Source: an uncultured Spirochaetales bacterium
GTDB taxonomy: Bacteria > Spirochaetota > Spirochaetia > Sphaerochaetales > Sphaerochaetaceae
Length of the DNA stretch: 64,000 nucleotides
Assembly (NCBI GenBank): GCA_944390025.1
Contig: CALXOK010000004.1
Coordinates: forward strand, 11,821-75,820
Reading direction: 5' to 3'
Under the pieces are notes generated by a model. It was not told the origin of the DNA. It saw only the letters and a program-made list of their open reading frames with translations, and ran no database searches. Positions 10,548 through 20,046 of this stretch are shown piece after piece. A program made the position numbers and the translations under genes. Every line of letters starts with the position of its first letter. The stretch's first letter is position 1.

Positions 10548-11928
10548 CCTTTTCGATGACAAGCTGGGTGCGGAGGGCGGCATCTCCTGTGTAGTCACTT
10601 GCATCCAGAAGGCTGTCAATCTCCTGTGCAGAGAGGTAGGCAAGAATCCTCTTATCGCCAGTCAGGTTCTCTCTGAGGCTGTTTTCCCGTCCGCTTTGCA
10701 CATCCTGCCAGGCCTTGAGGCTTTCTTCCCTGATGACCTCATGCATCACCTGTCTGTCAGCACCTCTTTTCCCCAGTTCCATCAGAAGTCTCTCGCTGGC
10801 GCTGAAGATTCCGTATGCCTTCATCTGACGCTCGATTGCCGTCATGTGGATACTCATGCCTTTCACGACTTTTGTAAGTGTGAGCAGGCTCTCCTCTGTA
10901 GCCAGGAAGGCCTCCGGAAGCATGATGCGGCGGTTCGCGCTGTCATCAAGAGTACGCTCGAGGAATGTTGTCGCACCGTTCTGCCATGCTGTCATGTAAA
11001 GAGAGGAGACAAAGCGGGTGAGGGAGTCGACTTTCTCGCAGTTTATCGGGTTGCGCTTGAATGGCATCGCAGATGAGCCCACCTGCTTTGAGCCGAAGGG
11101 TTCTGACCACTCTCCAAGCGGAGGGGACTGGAGGAAACGGAAATCAGCAGAGAACTTGTACATCGTGCAACACAGGCTTGAAAGAGCCTGTATGATTCTG
11201 AGATCCTGCTTGCGTGTGTAAATCTGAGTCGCGGCGTCAAAGGCCTTGAGGCCAAGCTCATTCATGACCATCTCTTCCAGCTGAATCGAGCTTACAGGAG
11301 TGTCTTTCACAAGTTCTCCATAGCTTGCACCGGTGCCGACAGCACCTTTCATTCCCTTTCCCCGGATATTCTCCAGGACGGTCTCGAGGTCCGAAATGTC
11401 ATCAATCAGATCCTGTGCGCTCTGGCTGAAGCGGTAACCTGCTGTCGTGATTTCTGCAGGCTGGAGATGGGTGAAAGCCATGCAGGCGGTGTCCTTGTAT
11501 TCCTCCATCTTCTCTGTAAGCGCCTCAAGCAGGTCCTTTGCCTCATCGATAATCAGGCGCAGGGCGTCTTTCAGCCTGAGGGCATCCATGTTATCCAGGA
11601 TGTCCATGCTGGTGGCTCCCAGATGGATGATTGCACCGGCTGAGGGGCACTGCTCGGCATAGGTTCTGATTTCAGCCATCAGATCATGCTTTATTTCCTT
11701 CTCAATCTCGCTGGCACGCTCTATGTCGATGTCATCCCTGTGGGCTTCAAGCTCTGCAACCTGCTGCTGGCTCACCAGTCCTGCCTGCTGTTCGGCTCTG
11801 GCAAGCGCAATCCAGATGCGCCTTAAGAGGAGACGCTTGTTCTTCTCGCTGAATATCTGGCGCATCCTCTGTGAGCCATAGCGCCAGGTGAAGGGGGAAA
11901 TGAAGGTGTCATGTGTGAATTCTTGCAT
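10522..11928 (-). CDS. purB: Adenylosuccinate lyase
   Basis: IHLGATS, FTHLQPA, GSSAMPFKRNP, ERTLDDSA. Confidence 0.95.
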   Translation of the reverse strand: MQEFTHDTFISPFTWRYGSQRMRQIFSEKNKRLLLRRIWIALARAEQQAGLVSQQQVAELEAHRDDIDIERASEIEKEIKHDLMAEIRTYAEQCPSAGAIIHLGATSMDILDNMDALRLKDALRLIIDEAKDLLEALTEKMEEYKDTACMAFTHLQPAEITTAGYRFSQSAQDLIDDISDLETVLENIRGKGMKGAVGTGASYGELVKDTPVSSIQLEEMVMNELGLKAFDAATQIYTRKQDLRIIQALSSLCCTMYKFSADFRFLQSPPLGEWSEPFGSKQVGSSAMPFKRNPINCEKVDSLTRFVSSLYMTAWQNGATTFLERTLDDSANRRIMLPEAFLATEESLLTLTKVVKGMSIHMTAIERQMKAYGIFSASERLLMELGKRGADRQVMHEVIREESLKAWQDVQSGRENSLRENLTGDKRILAYLSAQEIDSLLDASDYTGDAALRTQLVIEKARLVLNRP

Positions 11929-11940
11929 GGTTTTCTCCGG

Positions 11941-11975
11941 AAAAAAGACAGGGGTGCCGTTTCTGGCACCCTGTC
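11941..11975 (-). terminator. Intrinsic terminator-like hairpin between purA and purB
   Basis: Minus strand gacagggtgcc-agaaac-ggcacccctgtc-TTTTTT. Confidence 0.7.
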
Positions 11976-11985
11976 ATGGCTGTGT

Positions 11986-13257
11986 TCAGCGGACGATGAG
12001 CTGGTCGCGCTCCGGTCCGACAGAGATATATGTGATATGTGTGTTCAGCCTCTTCTCAATCTCGAGCACATAGTCCTTTGCCTTCTGCGGCAGCTCGTCC
12101 CATGTGCGGCATCCTGTGGTATCGCACATCCAGCCGTCAAAGGTCTCGTAAACCGGCTTGGCCCTTTCCTGATATGCTGTGTCGGGCAGGTAGCTGTAGT
12201 ACTCGCCGTCAATCATGTAGCCTGTGCAGACCTTGATTTTCTCAAAAGAATCGAGGACATCGAGCTTTGTGAGAGCCAGGTCCGTAACTCCGTTCATGTA
12301 GCATGCATAGTCCGCAGCAACCAGATCCAGCCAGCCACAGCGTCTGGGACGGCCTGTGGTGACACCGAACTCTCCGCCGATGTCCCTGAGTCTGTCTCCA
12401 TCCTCATCGAAAAGCTCAGTCATGTACGGACCACCTCCGACTGAAGTGGAGTAGGCCTTGATCACGCCATAGACCTTGTCGATGTATTTCGGTGCGATTC
12501 CGGCTCCGTTGCAGGCTCCGGCGACAGTCGGATTGGAGCTTGTGGTGTACGGATAGATTCCCCAGTCGTTGTCTCTCATGATGCCGAGCTGACCCTCGAG
12601 AAGGATGTTCTTTCCGCTTTCGACAGCCTCTCTGACAACAGGCACGGAGTCAATTATGTATGAGCCGAAGCGCTCTTTCCACTGAGCGCACTTCTGCATA
12701 AGCTCATCTTCAGTGAAGGTCTTGAGGCCATAGTATTCAAGATCTCTGTTCTTCTTGCCCAGAAGGAGCCTGATGCGGCTTCTAAGCCACTCTTCGTCAA
12801 GCAGGTCTCCGGCTCTCAGTCCCATTCGTGATGCCTTGTCACTGTAGCATGGCCCGATTCCGCGCTTTGTGGTCCCGATTTTCTGTGAGTCGGATCTCTT
12901 TGACTCCTCAGCACCGTCAAGAAGCTGGTGATACGGCATGATGAGGTGGGCCCTTCTGTCGATGAAGACGTTCTCCACCTTCTTTCCTGTGATTTTCTCG
13001 ATGTTGTCAATCTCACCGGCCATGGTGTCGAAATTGACGACGGTTCCTGCGCTCACGATATTCATCGTATCCGGATTGAAGACACCGGAGGGGATGATGT
13101 GAAGGCCGAACTTGCCAAGCTCATTGATGACTGTGTGACCGGCATTGTCGCCTCCCTGGAAGCGGATGACCATTTCCGCATTTCCTGCAAGGTAGTCAAC
13201 GATGCGGCCTTTTCCCTCATCGCCCCACTGTACTCCGACAACAGCATTTACACTCAT
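11986..13257 (-). CDS. purA: Adenylosuccinate synthetase
   Basis: QWGDEGKG, GGDNAGHT, IGTTKRGIGPCY, GVTTGRPRRCGWLD. Confidence 0.97.
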   Translation of the reverse strand: MSVNAVVGVQWGDEGKGRIVDYLAGNAEMVIRFQGGDNAGHTVINELGKFGLHIIPSGVFNPDTMNIVSAGTVVNFDTMAGEIDNIEKITGKKVENVFIDRRAHLIMPYHQLLDGAEESKRSDSQKIGTTKRGIGPCYSDKASRMGLRAGDLLDEEWLRSRIRLLLGKKNRDLEYYGLKTFTEDELMQKCAQWKERFGSYIIDSVPVVREAVESGKNILLEGQLGIMRDNDWGIYPYTTSSNPTVAGACNGAGIAPKYIDKVYGVIKAYSTSVGGGPYMTELFDEDGDRLRDIGGEFGVTTGRPRRCGWLDLVAADYACYMNGVTDLALTKLDVLDSFEKIKVCTGYMIDGEYYSYLPDTAYQERAKPVYETFDGWMCDTTGCRTWDELPQKAKDYVLEIEKRLNTHITYISVGPERDQLIVR

Positions 13258-13799
13258 TTTTTCTTCTCCATCTGTGCAAGCATCTCAGCTTCAAGAGCTG
13301 TATGTTCATCGATATCCGTGGCATCCCACGGGTACTTGATCCACTTGTCCTCGATTTCGAGGGCAGGGTAATAGCGTTTGATTTCAGGCGGGAATTCAAC
13401 GTCCTTTTTCTTCAGCTTGTTGTGAAGGACAAGCACTGCGATTTCCTCAGGCTTGTAGCTGAGAAGCTCTCCGACACAGTAGGCGAGTGTCGCTCTGGTG
13501 TCATCGACTTCGTCAATCAGGAGGACCTTCTTGCCTTTGAGCTGGTCCGCAACCTCATCAATCCACTGGATCTTGGTGGGATGGTCCTTGTGCTTCTTGT
13601 CAACGCCGTAGTAGGAAATACCCACTGCGTAAATCGGCCTGTTGATAAAAGTCTTGATGATTCTTGCGGGAATGAAGCCGCCTGAACCGATAGCAACAAT
13701 GACATCCGGGTCGAAGCCGCTTGCGACAATCTTCTCGGCAAGACCCTTCACCAGCTTGTGGACGGTGTTGTAACTGACATAGAACTTGTCATCATCCAT
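13254..13799 (-). CDS. Purine phosphoribosyltransferase (xanthine/guanine PRT, yeast Xpt1/Hpt1-like)
   Basis: AIGSGGFIPARI, LLIDEVDDTRATL PRPP loop, WIKYPWD. Confidence 0.8.
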   Translation of the reverse strand: MDDDKFYVSYNTVHKLVKGLAEKIVASGFDPDVIVAIGSGGFIPARIIKTFINRPIYAVGISYYGVDKKHKDHPTKIQWIDEVADQLKGKKVLLIDEVDDTRATLAYCVGELLSYKPEEIAVLVLHNKLKKKDVEFPPEIKRYYPALEIEDKWIKYPWDATDIDEHTALEAEMLAQMEKKK

Positions 13800-13822
13800 T
13801 TTGAAAAACTCCTCTCTCTCTG

Positions 13823-14386
13823 TTAATGAACGGGGTACATTTCTGCAATATAAGGCAGTGTGCGGTATTTTTCCTTGTAGTCGAGGCCGTAACCGACAAC
13901 CCAGACATCCGGAATAGTGAAGCCCATGTAGTCCAGCCTGATGTCAACCTTGTGCCGTTCCGGTTTGTCAAGGAAGGTCGCAATCTTCACGCTCTTCGCG
14001 CCTCGGGTGGCGAAGTTGCGCTGCAGGTAGCACAGCGTGTTGCCGCTGTCCAGAATGTCCTCAACGATGAGGACATCACGTCCTGTTATGCTTTCTCTCA
14101 TGTCCATGAGCATCCTGACATTGCCCTGCTGGTCGCCAGAACTGCCATATGATGAGATGGCAATGAAGTCGACGATGTGCGGAATCCTGAGTTTCCGGCA
14201 GAGGTCTGCCAGAAATATAAAGGAACCTTTCAGTACTCCGACAAGTATGAGCGGTTCCTTTATGTCTTTATAATCATTGCTGATTTCTGCTGCGAGCTCA
14301 TCGACACGGCGCTCGATTGTGGCTGCATCGATAAGTACCTGAGCCAAATCCTCTGTAAGAGGCGGTATAGTCAGTGATTTAACCAT
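13823..14386 (-). CDS. hpt: Hypoxanthine phosphoribosyltransferase
   Basis: GVLKGSFIF, VLIVEDILDSGNTL, VVGYGLDY. Confidence 0.95.
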   Translation of the reverse strand: MVKSLTIPPLTEDLAQVLIDAATIERRVDELAAEISNDYKDIKEPLILVGVLKGSFIFLADLCRKLRIPHIVDFIAISSYGSSGDQQGNVRMLMDMRESITGRDVLIVEDILDSGNTLCYLQRNFATRGAKSVKIATFLDKPERHKVDIRLDYMGFTIPDVWVVGYGLDYKEKYRTLPYIAEMYPVH

Positions 14387-14742
14387 TATTCATCCTCTGT
14401 CTGTAATCAGACTGATTGCTGACCCTTGCCGGGGACCGGCTTGACTGAATACTGTCCGGTCTTCAGTATCGCACTTACCCAGACAGGTTAACAAATGATT
14501 GGAATTTTGTACAAGCATGGGGAAGACTGAGTGAGAAAAATCTGAAAACAGGTGTCTTCTTTCAGGGCAGGAGGTGAAAACTTCATATCTTCTTTTTTTG
14601 TCCTGAAGGTCCCGTGAAGAGCGTTCTTCATCTGGACAAGAGGATAAGTGCCCTCTATGATTTAATACAGACATTTCCTCAGGGGAATGGATTCAATTCT
14701 GACGAGAGGGGAAACCCGGGACTGCACATCCCGGAAGAAGTC

Positions 14743-16692
14743 ATGACTGAATATTCTGAAACTGAAGTATACAGGCTGATGCTGCGCTCCCGTTTTTTCG
14801 AGGAGAAGGTCAGACAGCTTTTTCAGGATGGAGTGCTTTATGGCACGACTCATCTGAATATCGGGCAGGAGGCAAGCCATACAGGTCTGTGCCTTGCCCT
14901 GGAGAAGGAGGACTGGATAGTCCCGACCCACCGCTGTCACGGTTTCAATGTCGCAAGGGGCTCATCAATAAGCGCAATGTTCAGCGAGCTGTATGGCTCA
15001 CGGCATGGCCTTTGCAAGGGACTTGGCGGCTCAATGCACATGACGGATGTCTCCACATACGACTTCGGCTCATCCGCTGTTGTCGGCTCTTCTGTCGCCC
15101 TTGCTCTGGGAATTGCCCTGGCCTTGCAGAGAGAAGGAAGCCGGAATATCTGCGCTGCAATCATGGGCGATGGGGCCACAAGCCGCGGCGTTGTCCATGA
15201 ATGCATGAACCTTGCCTCAGTCTGGTCCCTTCCTGTGCTTTTCTACTGCGAGAACAATCATTACGGCATGTCAGCATCAGCCAGCCGCATGATTTCAATC
15301 CAGGATATCTCCCAGCGTGCCGCTGCCTATTCGATGAAGGCCTTCACTGCTGACGGCAACGATTATGATGATGTCTATTCCACTGTAAGAAAGGCCAGAA
15401 GCTGGATGTGCGAGCACCACGAGCCGGTTTTCGTTGTCGTTGACACATACCGTCAGTGCGGCCACAGCAAGTCTGACTCCTGTGTATACAGAAGCCGCGA
15501 GGAAGAAGATGAGTGGAAGAAGAAAGATCCGATTCTTCTTTATGAGAGGAAGCTGGCGCTTCCTAAGAATGAATGCCGTCAGATACGCTCCCAGATAATG
15601 GAGGAGATTGAGAAGGCACATGAAAAGGCCTTTCAGGGACGCGATGAGGTCCTTTCAACTGCTGAGCTTGATGATTGCGTGTTCGCTCCATATGAGCCAT
15701 CAGAGGCCCGCCGCGGCGTGACCCACGGCACGACATACCGGCTTGCAATAAGGGAAGCGCTGGATGAAATTCTCTCCTGTGATGACAAGGCTGTCCTCAT
15801 CGGTGAGGATGTCGGGCTTTACGGTGGCTGTTTCGCAGTCACAAAAGGCCTTTCCAGCCGTTATCCGTCAAAGGTTCTCGAGACTCCTGTGAGCGAGGAG
15901 GCCTTCACAGGCATGGCCGCAGGTGCGGCAGCCCTCGGCCAGCATCCAGTCGTTGAGATCATGTATGGAGACTTCTGCACGCTTGCTTCCGATCCTGTCA
16001 TCAACCATGCCGCAAAGCTGCGCTACATGAGTGCAGGCCAGCTCAGCTGTCCTCTGGTGCTCCGTACTCCGATGGGCTGCGGAACAGGCCATGGCAGCCA
16101 GCACACTCAGTCGCTGGAGGCCATGTTCCTCAATGTTCCGGGGCTGAAGATAGTATGTCCTGCAGACCCGTTCATGGCGAAAGCGATGCTGAAAGAAGCC
16201 GTGAAGGATCCGAATCCTGTGCTCTTTTTCGAGCACAAGGCCCTCTATGACAGTGCGGGGGAGGCAGGAGACAGCCTCTCTTCCTGGCCGATAGGCAAGG
16301 CCCAGATTCTGCTTGAAGGCAGTGATGTCACACTGGTTTCCTATTCTCATGCGACGCTTACCTGCCGCAAGGCACTCAGCCAGATTGCAGCGGGAAGAGT
16401 CGAGCATATCGACCTTGTGACAATTAAGCCCCTTGATATGGAGTGCGTGAAAAAGAGCGTGCTCAAGACAGGAAGGCTTGTCATTGTGCAGGACACTCCG
16501 CTTGACGGATCTGTCGGCGCGACTATCGCATCAGCTGCCGCTTCAGATGCCAGTGTGGCTGCTGCCCTGAAGTGCCCGGTGAGGATTGTCACGGCCAGAG
16601 ACTGCCCTGTGCCTTTCAGCCGCACGCTTGAGAAGGACACAATCCCGACTGCAGAGAATGTCATACAGGAAGTGTTGTCTGTCCTGGAGTGA
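14743..16692 (+). CDS. Fused alpha+beta E1 component of a ThDP-dependent 2-oxoacid/acetoin dehydrogenase
   Basis: GQEA, GGSMH, GDGA...ENN ThDP motif, GHSKSD; beta part GEDVG..GG, TPVSE, GSQHTQ; ATG 14743 likely (ORF track opens at GTG 14614). Confidence 0.88.
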   Translation: MTEYSETEVYRLMLRSRFFEEKVRQLFQDGVLYGTTHLNIGQEASHTGLCLALEKEDWIVPTHRCHGFNVARGSSISAMFSELYGSRHGLCKGLGGSMHMTDVSTYDFGSSAVVGSSVALALGIALALQREGSRNICAAIMGDGATSRGVVHECMNLASVWSLPVLFYCENNHYGMSASASRMISIQDISQRAAAYSMKAFTADGNDYDDVYSTVRKARSWMCEHHEPVFVVVDTYRQCGHSKSDSCVYRSREEEDEWKKKDPILLYERKLALPKNECRQIRSQIMEEIEKAHEKAFQGRDEVLSTAELDDCVFAPYEPSEARRGVTHGTTYRLAIREALDEILSCDDKAVLIGEDVGLYGGCFAVTKGLSSRYPSKVLETPVSEEAFTGMAAGAAALGQHPVVEIMYGDFCTLASDPVINHAAKLRYMSAGQLSCPLVLRTPMGCGTGHGSQHTQSLEAMFLNVPGLKIVCPADPFMAKAMLKEAVKDPNPVLFFEHKALYDSAGEAGDSLSSWPIGKAQILLEGSDVTLVSYSHATLTCRKALSQIAAGRVEHIDLVTIKPLDMECVKKSVLKTGRLVIVQDTPLDGSVGATIASAAASDASVAAALKCPVRIVTARDCPVPFSRTLEKDTIPTAENVIQEVLSVLE

Positions 16693-16770
16693 ACAGTCTT
16701 GTTCTAATTTTACCAAACAGCTAAACTTGTTCCCGTTTTAATACAAGCTTAACAGGGGGTTCCCGACATT

Positions 16771-18309
16771 ATGGATATCGAGGTCAAGAATCTTCATCCG
16801 CTTGAAGTCAGGCTTCTGCGTCATGTCTCATCTGGTGAGGACATCACGGCAGACAGGCTTGTCAGCGAGCTGGATTACAAGATCGGACAGTGCAATCAGG
16901 CATTCAGCTGGCTTACTGCCAAGGGATGCATCAGTGAGAAGACTAGAGACAGGTATACACTCTATGAGCTGACAGAGACAGGACACGCCCAGGTGAAGGA
17001 CGGTCTTCCTGTCGAGAGGATTTTCTCTTACCTCCAGAAGAACGGTCCGGCCAGCCTGCCGGATATCGCAGCAGCTCTTTGTCTGCCTCAGAGCGATGTC
17101 GGTTCCGCTTTCGGCCTTCTGACATCAGGAAAAGCCGCATGCATGAATGAAGAGAAAAAGGCCAGCCTCATTTCTGACAGCCTTCCGGCCGAGATTCAGA
17201 TTCAGAGATCTCTCATGCAGAGATCCCAGGATGCCCCTCTAAGGGAAAGCGATCTCACAGCTGAGGAGAAGATTGCTGTCTCGAAGCTTGCCAAGAAAAG
17301 AGGCGCTGCATCCTCAACCTTCCGTCTGGTCGAGAAGGAGGATGTCACATACGTTCTCACAGCGGCCGGAGAGGAAGTGAAGAAGGCCCTGCTTGAGGCT
17401 AATATCACAGGAGAAGAGTTCGGACTGCTCACACCTCAGATGATCCAGAGCGGTTCCTGGAAGAACGGAACATTCCGCCCATACGGACTGAACGCCCCTG
17501 TCTCAAGACTTATTCCGGGCCGCACCAATGCCTATGCTGATTATCTTCAGTGGGTCAAGGACAAGCTTGTTTCCCTCGGTTTCGAGGAGTTTGACGGACC
17601 TCTGGTGGTTAACGAGTTCTGGAACGGAGATGCGCTCTTCATGCCTCAGTTCCACTCCGCACGTGATATCCACGATGTCTACTACATCAAGGACCCGGTG
17701 CATTGCAAGGAGATAGAGGAGCCATGGCTCAGCCGTGTCGCCGCAACTCATGAGAACGGCGGAGACACAGGATCCCGCGGCTGGGGCTATACTTTTGACC
17801 ATGAGTTCACAAGGCGCCAGATCATGAGAAGTCAGGGCACTGTTCTTTCTGCGACCCAGCTTCCGCATGCGAAGGTTCCTGGAAAATATTTCGGTATTGC
17901 AAGATGCTTCCGCTATGATCAGGTTGATGCCACACATGGTGCTGACTTCTATCAGACAGAAGGTATCGTCGTCGGCAAGGACGTGAATCTCAGGAATCTT
18001 CTGGGCCTGCTGAAAATGTTCGCAGAAGAAGTCGCAGGTGCCGAGGAAGTCAAGTATGTTCCCGGCTACTTCCCGTTCACTGAGCCCAGTATTGAGGTCC
18101 ATATCAAGCATCCGGTTCTCGGCTGGTTCGAGCTTGGAGGAAGCGGCATCTTCCGCCCTGAGGTGACAAAGTCACTGGGACTGGATGTCCCGGTTCTTGC
18201 CTGGGGTCTTGGAATAGACCGCATGGCCCTGATGCACCTTGGTCTTAACGACCTGAGAGAACTCTTCACTCCTGATATCGAGAGTGTGAGAATGAGGAGG
18301 GGAAACTGA
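16771..18309 (+). CDS. pheS: Phenylalanyl-tRNA synthetase alpha subunit (long archaeal/eukaryal type)
   Basis: FWNGDALFMPQFHSARD, FRYDQVDATH, YFPFTEPS, WGLGIDR; 512 aa with N-terminal extension. Confidence 0.95.
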   Translation: MDIEVKNLHPLEVRLLRHVSSGEDITADRLVSELDYKIGQCNQAFSWLTAKGCISEKTRDRYTLYELTETGHAQVKDGLPVERIFSYLQKNGPASLPDIAAALCLPQSDVGSAFGLLTSGKAACMNEEKKASLISDSLPAEIQIQRSLMQRSQDAPLRESDLTAEEKIAVSKLAKKRGAASSTFRLVEKEDVTYVLTAAGEEVKKALLEANITGEEFGLLTPQMIQSGSWKNGTFRPYGLNAPVSRLIPGRTNAYADYLQWVKDKLVSLGFEEFDGPLVVNEFWNGDALFMPQFHSARDIHDVYYIKDPVHCKEIEEPWLSRVAATHENGGDTGSRGWGYTFDHEFTRRQIMRSQGTVLSATQLPHAKVPGKYFGIARCFRYDQVDATHGADFYQTEGIVVGKDVNLRNLLGLLKMFAEEVAGAEEVKYVPGYFPFTEPSIEVHIKHPVLGWFELGGSGIFRPEVTKSLGLDVPVLAWGLGIDRMALMHLGLNDLRELFTPDIESVRMRRGN

Positions 18310-20000
18310 TGCCTAAGATTGAAGTGCCAGAGAAGCTTTTCTTCAGCCTCGCCGGCAGAAACTATACAGATGATGAGATGAACGATATCTTCCCGGTTGC
18401 CAAGGCGGAGCTTGACGGTCATGAAGAGGGAACGATAAAGATTGAGCTCAATGACACGAACCGTCCGGATCTGTGGTCTGTGGCCGGTGTGGCAAGAGCT
18501 CTCAAGACCTATGAGAGCGGGAAGATTCCCCATTATGATTTCTTCTCAAGCGCGACAAAGACCCAGGACAACGGAGGACGCGAGCATTTCAACGAGGAAA
18601 GCTGTCTTGGAGTGAGAGACTTCTCGATAAGTTTCGCCGCCGAGGGATGCACCGTCACAGAAGAACTGCTGCTGAACCTCATCCAGAGCCAGGAGAAGCT
18701 CTGCCAGAACTTCGGGCGCAAGAGAAAGACCGTCGCTATCGGTATCTTCCGCTCTGACCTGATCAAGTACCCGCTTCACTACATCGGTGCGGATCCGGAC
18801 AAGACATCCTTTGTCCCGCTTGGAATGACAGAGGAACTCACACTCAGGGAAATCTGCCAGAAACACCCGAAAGGCAGGGAATACGGTCATATCGTGAGTG
18901 ACAAGCCACGCTATCCGTATCTTTTCGATGACAAGGGCGACACGCTCAGCTTCGCTCCGGTCATCAACAGCGCATACATCGGTGCAGTTGAAGTCGGTGA
19001 CAGGAACCTTATTGTTGACATCTCAGGCCCCGGCATTGATGACATCCTGCTTGCCGCGTCAATACTTGCATGCGACATGGCTGATATGGGCTTCAGGATT
19101 CTTCCGATTAAGGTCCATCTTGCAAAGGATACGAAATACGGACGCGAAATCACTGTTCCTTACTATTTCCAGGAGCAGACAAGCTGCCCTGCCAGTTTCG
19201 TTGAGAAGGAACTTGGTCTCAGACTCACTGAGGAAGAGTGCATCGCCGCACTCAGACGCATGGGAGTTGAAGCCAGTGTAAAGGATGGCATAATCACAGT
19301 GCGTTGCCCTGAATACAGGAATGACTTCCTTCATGCGGTCGACATCGTCGAGGACATCATGATTGGCCATGGCCTGATGAAATTCGAGCCTGTACTGCCT
19401 GCAGACTATACTAAAGGCTATCTTTCCAAGGCTGAGGAGTATTCGAGAAAGGTCAAGACTCTCATGGTCGGTCTCGGCTTCCAGGAGATGATGTACAACT
19501 ATCTTGGAAGCAGGAAGGAGTATGTCGAGAACATGCACATCAGTGATGAGAAGGTTGTCTACATCGCCAATCCGATGAGCGAGAACTATGAGGTTGTCCG
19601 CCCGTCAATTCTCCCGTCCCTTCTCGAGAGTGAGTCCGTTTCCGGTCACGCTGTCTATCCGCACAGGATTTTCGAGCTTGGAAAGGTCTGTTTCAAGGAT
19701 GATGACGACAACAGCGGGACTGTCACGAGAAACCATCTGGGCTTCCTTGCCGCTGATAACCAGATCGGTTTCAATGAGGCTTCCAGCTATATCAACACGC
19801 TGATGTACTTCCTCAGAAAGGAGTATACACTGCAGCCTGTCGAGAATGATGAGCGCTTCATCCCGGGCCGCGCGGCAAGGGTGATGTGTGACAACGTTGA
19901 AATCGGCGTGTACGGAGAAGTGCATCCGCAGGTCTTGGAAAGCTGGGGCTGCTCAATGCCTGCAGTCATGGCGGAGTTCGACCTCGACCTGATGCATTGA
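18309..20000 (+). CDS. pheT: Phenylalanyl-tRNA synthetase beta subunit (archaeal/eukaryal type)
   Basis: NRPDLWS, QEKL..NFGRKR, YRNDFLHAVDIVED; 563 aa with no OB or anticodon domain. Confidence 0.93.
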   Translation: MPKIEVPEKLFFSLAGRNYTDDEMNDIFPVAKAELDGHEEGTIKIELNDTNRPDLWSVAGVARALKTYESGKIPHYDFFSSATKTQDNGGREHFNEESCLGVRDFSISFAAEGCTVTEELLLNLIQSQEKLCQNFGRKRKTVAIGIFRSDLIKYPLHYIGADPDKTSFVPLGMTEELTLREICQKHPKGREYGHIVSDKPRYPYLFDDKGDTLSFAPVINSAYIGAVEVGDRNLIVDISGPGIDDILLAASILACDMADMGFRILPIKVHLAKDTKYGREITVPYYFQEQTSCPASFVEKELGLRLTEEECIAALRRMGVEASVKDGIITVRCPEYRNDFLHAVDIVEDIMIGHGLMKFEPVLPADYTKGYLSKAEEYSRKVKTLMVGLGFQEMMYNYLGSRKEYVENMHISDEKVVYIANPMSENYEVVRPSILPSLLESESVSGHAVYPHRIFELGKVCFKDDDDNSGTVTRNHLGFLAADNQIGFNEASSYINTLMYFLRKEYTLQPVENDERFIPGRAARVMCDNVEIGVYGEVHPQVLESWGCSMPAVMAEFDLDLMH

Positions 20001-20013
20001 TGGTTTGATACTC

Positions 20014-20044
20014 AGGGGCATTCCTTAAAGGATGTCCCTTTTTT
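20014..20044 (+). terminator. Intrinsic terminator after pheT
   Basis: aggggcattc-cttaaa-ggatgtccct followed by a T-run. Confidence 0.75.
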
Positions 20045-20046
20045 AA

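Noticed and set aside
14390-14674. 94-aa minus-strand ORF upstream of hpt
   Set aside because: No RBS or recognisable composition, and it spans the likely promoter and hairpin region
14387-14742. Known riboswitch or housekeeping RNA (purine, TPP, glycine, T-box, tmRNA, RNase P, SRP)
   Set aside because: Diagnostic consensus segments were not found by eye; kept only as unnamed structured candidates
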